From Paraspadella gotoi (Eukaryota; Animalia; Chaetognatha), in NCBI GenBank assembly GCA_051294375.1, contig CM119263.1, positions 1,815,664-1,879,663 of the forward strand: DNA of 64,000 bases. The letters run 5' to 3'. A program made the position numbers and the translations under genes. Shown one piece after another: positions 1 to 9,900 of this stretch (positions are counted from its first letter, which is position 1; every line of letters starts with the position of its first letter). The notes below the pieces were generated by a model. That model was not told where the DNA came from. It ran no database searches and saw nothing but the letters and a program-made list of their open reading frames with translations.

Positions 1-543
1 TAAAAAAATTAAAAGATGTTAAAACGATACAAAGTTGAGGTTTTTGGAGCGAAAAATATATAAAATCTCCAATAATTTAAAAAAAAAGGAATTTAAAAAA
101 AATTTGAAAAAATAAAATGACTTTTTTTGTAGTCGTTACATAAATTTAACATTCGCTGAGATTTTATTAAAATTTTATTAAAAATATATCATTAAATATC
201 GATTAAATAAATATGTATAGGAGGAGGACAGAAGCTATGAGCCTGGCCAGTATTTAAGAGGTATTTATAAAAAATAATAATAAAAATGTCAATCACTTAA
301 AGGCGTTTAGGGTCTACATAAATAAAGATACGACAAGAAATGACAGATATGATTCCGCCAACGAGATTAAAACATTAAATATGGCGCTTTTCTTTCAACT
401 TTACTTTTACTTTTATAAAAAAAATATTCAGTTGTTGTATTTTTTTAATTTCATGTCGACATCTTTTGAGAGATTGCAACATTAATGAGATAATCGGAAG
501 GCGAGAAACAAAAGGGAATCGAAACTTTATATTTTTAATTTTT

Positions 544-752
544 TAAGAGACAGAAAAAAGGAAGAGAACCGTTCAATAAAAGCAGTGCCTGAGCTTCGGA
601 TCAATCTGTAAGACCAAGTTAAAGGCGAGTTAAGCGCCCTGTCACTCTAAACTGCGAGGCGGCCACCGGGAAAAACCCCCGGACCTTTGCGTTGGGAGGC
701 GAATGACATGCCCCCTACACTAATGACAGCTGGATTTGGAGGCACCAGAATA
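544..752 (-). mobile_element. Diverged solo-LTR-like copy of the tRNA-containing LTR family (see 5288-5942)
   Basis: Colinear similarity to LTR 5288-5520, from 'aagagacag' through 'gaaccgttcaata..agcagt.cctgagcttcggatca', 'ttaagcgccc' and 'ccccggacctttg.gttgggaggcgaatgac' to 'ggattt...cacca'. No internal region is adjacent. Confidence 0.75.
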
Positions 753-849
753 TCATCGCAGTGGATGGATCTGATTGTCCGCGTGTCGTGTTGCTTCTCA
801 TCAGATAGGAAAGCTAGATTCTAGAATTATTATTATGAATTTAATAAAT

Positions 850-990
850 AAATTACGAGTCCCTAAGTCTCCGACTGGAACGTTACAGGGTGCTACCGGC
901 GCATTACCAGGTCTGTCACACCTCATTGCCAGTCGGCCACCGGTTCCGAACCCCGGACCTCCCAAGACTGCTGGAAACGCTTTAACTCAA
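850..990 (-). mobile_element. More distant relative of the tRNA-containing LTR family, or a tRNA-derived SINE-like fragment
   Basis: Shares 'agtccct', 'gttacagg' and 'gccag.cg.ccaccgg....aaccccggacct' with the LTRs. The minus strand has a B-box-like 'ggggttcggaaccgg'. Confidence 0.5.
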
Positions 991-1096
991 ATTGATTCAT
1001 ATTTTCGAACTTGTTTAATTTTGTGTAGTATGGAAAATAAAGGGAAGTAAAAAAAGTTCTGCTTTGACGACAATGAAAATTGAAGAAAGAAAACTG

Positions 1097-1097
1097 C

Positions 1098-1134
<37 letters not shown>
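1097..1134. repeat. (CGA)n microsatellite
   Basis: Read directly from the sequence. Confidence 0.95.
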
Positions 1135-1430
1135 ACGTAAGAACTTGATCGGGCGACAACAACAACGACGAATCTGGCACGCGTTTTCTATTTTTTTTTT
1201 TTTTAAGATTTCTTATCTTTTTTACGATTTTAATTTAGGTTGAATCCGTTGAGCGTCGATAAAGAATGAGGATCCTTCAGGTCAAAATATGATTTTTTGT
1301 TTCGGCGCACTCAGAGCTCAGCTTTTATCATTTTTTTTTTCAAATTTTTTTTATTTTATCCCGAGAAAAATAAGCGTGAAAAATAGCAAAAATAGACGCT
1401 AACGCCTAAAAATCGATCGTGAGTCACATA

Positions 1431-1433
<3 letters not shown>

Positions 1434-1487
<54 letters not shown>

Positions 1488-1493
1488 CTCTCT

Positions 1494-1530
<37 letters not shown>
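1434..1530. repeat. (CT)n microsatellite; many similar CT/GA tracts occur elsewhere (e.g. 17185-17283, 50445-50581, 51182-51303, 57434-57506, 58229-58303)
   Basis: Read directly from the sequence. Confidence 0.95.
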
Positions 1531-1533
<3 letters not shown>

Positions 1534-2005
1534 AACGACGACGCCGAGTCTACGTGAATCTCTCGCCTTCAAAATCGTCACAAGCGTCACAAAAATACAA
1601 AGATTTTCCGCTTTTAGTTTTTCCCGAAAATTTTTTCTTGTTTGTCCGACGAATTTCGATTCCCCTGACACGCGAACGAATACTTAAAAAGGGATTTTTA
1701 AAATCGTGAATATCAGAGAGATGAAAAAAACTGAGGTGACGGCCTCTCGGGCGATTGTCACACAGAGTATTAATAAATAAATATTGCGTAAAATTTTTAT
1801 GTCAGGGCGCATCATGGAAAATACGATTGGGCGAATAGCAGTGTCAACATGAGTCATCACTGTTGACTCAACAGCTAACAAGCTAACCAAGTCGTCGTTA
1901 CACAATTAAAAATGTTTTATACCCAGTGACATTTGTATAAAACTAACTTTGAATTAAAAAATTGGTTGTACCAATTTCATAAAATTCAGCTCCTTGTATC
2001 TAATA

Positions 2006-2250
2006 CTTTCATACAATTGAAACATTCTTTGAAATATTATAACAATTCATTGATAGGGAAGCCAGGTTTTCTGAGAGTGAATAAACGAGTCTGTGAGAGA
2101 GTCTTGATTGAAAGCTTGCAGGGATCTGCTATGTTATTATCTTGTAAAAGTGAAGGAGGCCTTAAACCACCAAAGCCTGTCCAAAGTCAGGGGAAAGATA
2201 GCTTATTTATTAAATGAAAGGATAATTTTTATATTGGTTGTACCAATTCA
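2006..2250. repeat. Dispersed repeat of about 240 bp, copy 1 (other copies about 60218-60450 and 61806-61922)
   Basis: Near-identical 'ctttcatacaattgaaacattctttgaaatattat...ggaggccttaaaccaccaaag...gataatttttatattggttgtaccaa' at three loci; the third is 5'-truncated. Confidence 0.85.
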
Positions 2251-2974
2251 TAAAAATATTTTTAGGAATAGAGATGACAGTTATTTTTTTGGAAAAAAAA
2301 CATTTAGGGTAAAGTGAACCGACAAAGAAGTCGTCGAAATGATTTATTTTGTTGCAAGAGAAAATGCAATGTGTCTTTCTATCTTGTGTCACCCATCATC
2401 TGTCACGGCCTTGAGCCACTACTCCGACAAAACCTAAAAAAATAAGAATTAAAAAGTGAATATCACATGATGTGATTTTAATCTCACTCTCGATTCGTTG
2501 ATAGATGAGGCCGGGATCGAAGCCACGCCCCTGGTTATCCGTTGTGGCCCAGTTGGTTCCGTTGGGGCATCCCAGGGAGGTCCTCGACGAATAACCCCGT
2601 TCACGATTTGACCTTAAAACGTTTCTTTTTTTTTTTTTTGTACTCACTTCTGACTTTGAAATCTGACTTCGCACTTTGCATAATGCCCTCAGATTTAGCG
2701 TCTAATAAAGAAAACTTTCCCGTCAGTACTGTTGGTACTCGTCATATTCATCGCTCCAAGTAGAAGTCTATGTAAGAATACTTAATAAACAAACCGTTTG
2801 TTCGTTTAAAATTTTTTTTATAATTTATTTCTTTATTATTTTTCGTATTCAATTTTTTAATCGGGATCTCAACCTTTTCATTCTTTCAGTGATTTGTACA
2901 TTATTACATTACATTACATTTGTACATTATTACATTAAAAAGGAAGGTTTATAAATCCTCTTGAAACATTGTCT

Positions 2975-3885
2975 CTAAATCTGCCCTTGGTCCCTCAGCA
3001 TTCTCCCTTTCAAGAGACCTTTGTATTATAAATCTCACTAGAGACCATATTAAATCTGCCAATGGCATTTTCTCCTAAGAGACCTTTGCATTTTAAATTT
3101 CTCCGCTAAAGATACCTTTGCATTCTTAATCTGTCCTCTACCTTTTTTCGAAAAACAATTACATTCTAGATCTGCCTTCAGAATTTTTTCTCAAGAGACC
3201 TTTATATGCTAAATCTCCCAACTGCATTCTATCTTAAGAGACCTCCTCTCGACATTCTCTTATACTACTAGACCTTCACATTCTAAATCTGCTAAAAGCT
3301 CCTAAGAGACCATTGTATTCTAAATCTCCCTTCTGCATTCTCTCACTTAAGAGACCTTCGCATACTAAATCTGTCCTCAGCATTCTCTCTCTCAAGAGAC
3401 CATTGCATTCTAAATCTGCCCTCAGCATTCTCTCACTCAAGAAACCTTTGCATTCTAAATATCCCTTCTGCATTCTCTCACTCAAGAGACCTTTGCATTC
3501 TAAATCTGCCCTCAGCATTCTCTCTCTCAAGAGACCTTTGCATTCTAAATTATCCTTCTGCATTTTCCTCACTCAAGAGTCCTTCGCATTCTAAATCTGC
3601 CCTCAGCATTCTCTCTCTCAAAAGACCTTTGCATTCTAAATCTCCCTTCTGCATTCTCTCACTCAAAGACCTTTGCATTCTAAATTTGCCCTGTGCAATT
3701 CTCTCTCAAGAGACCTTCGCATTCTAAATCTCCCTTCTGCATTCTCTCACTCAAGATACCTTTGCATTCTAAATCTGTCCTCAGCATTCTCTCTCTCAAA
3801 AGACCTTTGCATTCTAAATATCCCTTCTGAATTCTCTCACTCCAGAGACCTTTGCATTCTAAATCTGTCCTCAGCATTCTCTCCC
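2975..3885. repeat. 45-bp minisatellite with two alternating variants (90-bp higher-order unit), directly upstream of the SPNS-like start codon
   Basis: Unit aagagacctttgcattctaaatct(gccctca|cccttct)gcattctctc(t|a)ctc; degenerate at the 5' end and homogeneous over about 3300-3880. Confidence 0.92.
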
Positions 3886-3935
3886 CCATATTCCTCGACC
3901 ACCGTCGACTCTTCTCTCCCTCGATCGATCTCGTC

Positions 3936-6900
3936 ATGTCATTCCCTTCGCTCTCGACTCTCAAATCGATTTCGATAGATCGTCGCCGCTTTCCCGGCGC
4001 CGCTCAGATAGCGGCCCACGACGCCGCCGACGCCGCCGACGCCGCCGACGCCGACAATCACGCCGCCTATCGCCGGACTCAAGCGCGCAACTTGACGATC
4101 CTTCTCTGCGCCACGAACCTGTTGTGCTACGTGGACCGTAACGTCGTCGCAGGTGGCGTTGGTGACGAGGACCCGAGTTTTTCTTCTTTTTTTATTAACA
4201 AAGCGACGGGAGGTTAAAACATTAAATTTGAAAATAAAAAATAAAAGCGCATTGGTTACTTCTTTTTTTTCAGTTGATTTTACGAGCAATTAGACTTTTT
4301 TCCCTGAGCAAAAAAACTGAGGTCGATTTGGCAAATTTAGAGATGATAATGATAATGCTGATGATGATGATGATGATGTGGATAATAATGCAACGAAACC
4401 TCATTGGGGGTTTGGAAAATTATCCCTCAACCCCAACACCAAGTGTGCCCAGTGGGTCCGTAAGTTGACTTGCATTTCAGAACTGCGTATTCGGCGGTGG
4501 GCTTGCTGCCGTACACATGAATCTGTAAAATAACTTTCTGACAAAAGTCGTTATAAAAGATTCTCTACTTTAAATTAGTTATTCTAATGTATATAAACCA
4601 TTTCCTCTTTAATCTCCCTCACTTTTTCTTTTTTCAGCTCTCCTTCCCTCTCTCATCGAGTATTTCGATATCGACAATCTGAGGGCCAGTTACATGGCCT
4701 TTTGTTTCGGAACCGCAATCGCTGTCTTCGGTCTCGTAGTTGGTTACTTTGGCGACAGATGGAGTCGAACGAGGATAATCAGTGCCGGACTGGGTAAACA
4801 AATGATCATATAGTATTTTTACGTAACATAGTTTACTTAAAAGATTCAAAAGATTTAAGAGACTTAAAAGATACCTGAATCATTTATACTTGAAAGAACT
4901 TAAAAGTCGTCAATATCAATTAATATCAAACTGTGAGTCGAAGATAAATATTAATATCAATATTAATATTAATCTGAACAAGACTACATGTTATCCATTA
5001 CTGCTTATTTCACAACAGCAAAATTCACTTACCAAGAGCACTGACTTTTCAACAGTTATCTGGTCATCCGCGGGTTACGCGATGACCTGGCTGTCTGAAC
5101 GCCAGTTCGGTCTGTTCCTCTTCCTGCGCGTGTTATCAGGCGCCGGCCAGGCCTGTTGCGTCGGCGTCTCGCCTGCAATAATCGGCGACATTTTCGCCGG
5201 AAAACAAAGGACGATCGCGCTCTCTGTCTTTTACTCTCTCCTTCCCCTCCTTCCCTCCGCAGGTAAGCATTTTATTTTTTTTAATATTGAAGAGACAGTA
5301 ATTATTGATATGTGTTAGTGACAGAACCGTTCAATATAAGCAGTCCCTGAGCTTCGGATCAGGCTGTAACACCATGTTACAGGCGGGTTAAGCGCCCCCG
5401 TCCCTCTTAACTGCCAGACGACCACCGGGCTAGAACCCCGGACCTTTGGGTTGGAAGGCGAATGACTTGCCTCCGGCACCAATGGCCGCTGATGAACGGT
5501 TGGTGGATTTTAGTCCACCATACATCCCCCCCTCCCGTAGGAAGATGTCTGTTGCGTCTCTTCAGTGAATTGTTGTTGTTGGTGGAAAGTTCGTCACCAA
5601 AGTTGAGGCATGTCGCCTGATGTGTTGTGGGCGGAAAGTGCATCGCCAGGTTGAGGCATGTCGCCTGAAAGTGTTGTTGTGCTGTTGTGTTCGGAAGTCG
5701 GGCTCACCAATGAAGAGACAGTAATTATTGATATGTGTTAGTGACAGAACCATTCAATATAAGCAGTCCTGAGCTTCGGATCAGGCTGTAACACCATGTT
5801 ACAAGGCGGATTAAGCGCCCCGTCCCTCTTAACTGCCAGACGACCACCGGCTAAGAACCCCGGACCTTTGGGTTGGGAGGCGAATGACTTGCCTCCGGCA
5901 CCAATGGCCGCTGATGAACGGTTGGTGGATTTTAGTCCACCATAATATTATCTTAAGTTTGAAATTAAAACGGAGAGGTTTATTTTGTATTTTATTTTTA
6001 AATTAGACATGTATCACATGATACAAGACTTCCGACTCTGTTTTACGCTGAAAAAGGCTCGCATCAAAGTCGAAACATGTCCATTTTAAATGAAAAATTC
6101 TTTGTTTGTAAACTTTAAAATAAGCCTTTCCGTTTTAATCGCTGTACTTTACATTTCAATAAAGATAAGTAAACTTCGAGACATTTTGTTGGAGAAGTGA
6201 GCTGAAGACTACTATCCGTAACTACTCAATGAGTCACCGGGTCACAACTGAAAGTGTCATGCTTATAGGCGGGGTGAATATAGGCAATGCCCGACTACAA
6301 TTTAAACGTTTCCACATAGTCTTGTATTTAGTTCTGTTAATTTACCCTTTTAATTACCGTGATATAAATAGAATGTGCAATAAATAAAAGTTTCTTTAAT
6401 AAATAATAATTATAAATTCCGTGATAATTTCTCCTCTAATTTTCCCGCCGTCAAGGAACCGGGATCGGTTACATCGTAGCGGCCCACGCTACTGCGATCA
6501 TCCTACGACAGATGCCTGCATCGACCCAGCCGCAGCATCTTCCGCCACCTGGCGATATTCGGTTTCGCTCTCGCGTTGTCCTTTTGTTTTTCGTCGGAAC
6601 CGAAACGAGGCAGAGCAGAGGGACCGCAGAGTCAATTCCATGAGCACGTGTTGAGGGTCTGTCGAATGCGGAAGCAGATAGAGTGAATGAAATAGACAGA
6701 AATGATAATACTAATACTAATAATAATAATCACAAAAATAAACTAAAAACATTAACATTAGAAAAATAATTAGGCGATCAAAATGATTACTAAAACGACG
6801 GACATCGACCAACGACATCAAAGTCTGAAGGCGGCGTTGCTTTGCCTCTTGCAGAACAAGACTTACGTCTACACGACCATTGGCGTCACAAGTGGGTTTA

Positions 6901-9900
6901 AACTTCGAAGGGATGCGTTTTCAGTTCAACAGAGCTGAAGTTTATATTTCATCTCAAAATCTCATGTCAATATCATTCGGAAAATCACAGAACATGAGGA
7001 TTTTTTTCATATTTTAATGCAGCGAAATATTTTAAATTGTAATGATAAATATAAAACACAATTTTACTGAAGTATTATATTACTAGTACTGCCGTGTATA
7101 ATATAAAATATATTTTCTATTATATTATATAATATATTATATTATACAGCATATAATATAAAAAACAACTAGCAGTTTAGAGTCCTGACCACAAATCCAA
7201 ATCACTAACTTACTAAGTCCAAAATTCTAAATCACCATATTCTTAAGTTCACAAATCAAAATCCCCATATTCTCAACTCCACAAATCTAAATCCCTTATT
7301 TCAAAATTATGAATCCCCATATTCTTAAGTCCACAAATCTAAATCCCCAAATTCCTGAGTCCAAAATTCTAAATCCCCATATTCTTAAATCTAAATCTCT
7401 TAATTCCTAACCTAAGTCCACAAATGTAAATCCCCAAATTCTAATGTAATTATTGCAGGCGTCAACTTCATCACAACCGGCGCTTCTTTCTGGACGCCGC
7501 TTCTCCTCGTCTACAACTCGATGACGGAAATAAACGCCGAGGGCGACGCCGCTCTCAATTTCGGCGCCGCCGTTCTCGGCACCGGAATTTCCGGCGTGGT
7601 GATCGGCGCGGCGTGGTCGGCCTGGTGGCGGCCGAGAAAACCCGAGGCCGACGCAGTGATCTGCGGGGTCGGCCTCTTCCTCGTCGGTCCTACCCTCTAC
7701 CTCACCCTTCTGGCGATGACCAATCACGAAGCTTGGTTCTGGGGTCTGGGGAGCTTGGGTCTCGTCTGCCTCAACCTCAACTGGGCTCTCAACGCGGACA
7801 TCATGCTGGCGGTGGTGCCCCCTTACGGAAGGGCTAAAGCGGAGGCTTTCCAGCGCTTCGTCGGCAGCGCGCTTGGTGAGAAAAGATCAGGAGAAGGACT
7901 ATAGAGGGACCCGCAGAGTCAATGTCCATTAAGCAACGTGTTGAAGGTCTGTCGAATGCCGGAAAGCAGATAGATGTGAATGATATAAAATAGACAGAAA
8001 TTGGATAATACTAATAACTAATGATAATAATTAGAATGCGACGAAAGAATATAAAACTAAAAATAGTAACATAAAAAAATAATTAGGGCGATTTCAAAAA
8101 ATGATTGCTAAACACGACGGACATCGACCAACGATCATCAAAGTCTGACAGGCGGCGTTGCTTCTTGCCTCTTGCAGAACAAGACTTACGTCACACACGA
8201 CCATCTCGCGTCAACCAATGGTTTAAACTCGAAGGATGCGTTTTCTAGTTCAACAGAGTGAAGTTGATTTTCAATCTCCAAAATCTCATGTCATCATTAC
8301 GGAAAATCACAAGAACATGAGAATTTTTAAATAGTTTTAAATGCATGCGAAAATATTATTAATTGTAATGATAAATATAACAACACAACTATTTACTGAA
8401 GTATATATATTGACTCAGTACTGGCCGTGTATAATATAATATATTTATTCTATTATATATTATCTAATATAGTTATATTATATAAATATAAAATAAAAAA
8501 CCAACTAGCAGTTTAGAGTCACTGACGCACAAATCCCAAATCACTAACATTACTAATGACCAAAAATTCTAAATCACCATATTCTTAAGTCAATCAAAAA
8601 TCCCCATATTTCTTAATCCGGCACAAATCTAACTCCCTTATTTCAAAATTATGAATCCCCATATGGGTAGCCGCACTCAAATGGGGTGAGTGAGTAATGC
8701 TAACATAACGAAATATTTAGACATTTTTAATGAATACTTCAATAGACATAATATCGCTCTATACCCTAGTAATTTAATTTTTTAATATTTATTTATAGAT
8801 AGGAAAGGCCAAAAAATTTTTGGAATTTTTTAAATTTTAAGAAACCAAGATTCAGATCAGCTCATAAAAGTTGTCCTACACAAAGTTATGATTCTTTTTT
8901 AATATTTTTACGATAAGTGTGTCAAAAATAAGAACAAAAACATAAAAATCATCATAATCAAATCATCTTTCGATGATTTTGATCACTTTTTTTATATTTT
9001 CACTTAGAAAACGTAAGAATTTTAGAAGCTGTAATTATATTTTTCCTTGTTACATGCTTTGTATTGCTCGTCTCAGAATGCCCAATCAAAAAATTTTAAG
9101 ATTTAAAAAAAAATATCTTTTGCTCTATAAGCAATATAGGATATTATTTAATTAGGGCGAGTACCCTCAGAAAAAGTATTTTTGACAAAAAGATATTCCT
9201 TAATACCCATAATCTATGTCATCCGATAATTATTTTAACGCTGTATAACATTAGCATTTAATTTCATCGCTATGCTACCCTATTTCTTAAGTCACAATCA
9301 AAAGTCCATATTCTCATACTCCACAAATCTAAATCCCTATGCAATTATGTTCCCTTCGTTAAGTCCACAATCTAATCCCCAAATTCCTGAGTCCAAAATT
9401 CTAACATCCCCATATTCTGTAAATCTAAAATCTTTAATTCCTACCTTAGTCCACAATGCTAAATCCCCAAATTCTAATGTAGATTATTGAGCCCGTCAAC
9501 TTCATCAACAACCGGCGCTTCTTTCTGGACGCCGCTGCTTCTCCTCGTCTACAACTCGATGACGGAAATAAACGCCGAGGGCGACGCCGCTCTCAATTTC
9601 GGCGCCGCCGTTCTCGCACCGGAATTTCCGGCGTGGTGATCGGCGCGGCGTGGTCGGCCTGGTGGCGGCCGAGAAAACCCGAGGCCGAACGCAGTGATCT
9701 GGCGGGGTCGGCTCTTCCTCGTCGGTCCTACCCTCTACCTCACTTCCTGGAGATGACCAATCACGAAGCTGGTTCTGGGTCTGGGAGCTTGGGTCTCGTC
9801 TGCCTCAACCTCACCTGGCTCTCAACGCGACATCATGCTGGCGGTGGTGCCCCTTACGGAAGGGCTAAAGCGGAGGCCTTTCCAGCGCTTCGTCCGGCAG

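Larger units (their letters stand above)
5288..5942 (-). mobile_element. Complete non-autonomous LTR retrotransposon (TRIM-like, 655 bp) with a tRNA-like cassette in each LTR, inserted antisense in intron 3 of the SPNS-like gene
   Basis: Direct repeats 5288-5520 and 5711-5942 with TG...CA ends; TAATAT on both flanks; PBS-like TGGTGAGCCCGAC (5697-5709, minus strand) 1 nt inside the 5' LTR; PPT GGGAGGGGGGGA (5525-5536, minus strand); about 190-bp non-coding internal region. Confidence 0.88.

Noticed and set aside
2975-3885. Regular repeat array as CRISPR, and its ORFs (3276-3978) as proteins
   Set aside because: Units are contiguous with no unique spacers, there are no cas genes, and the context is eukaryotic. 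The ORFs are translations of the 45-bp unit.
5489-5520. CTGATGA in the LTR suggesting a retrozyme
   Set aside because: No GAAA or stem III follows; the feature is better explained by the tRNA-like cassette on the other strand.
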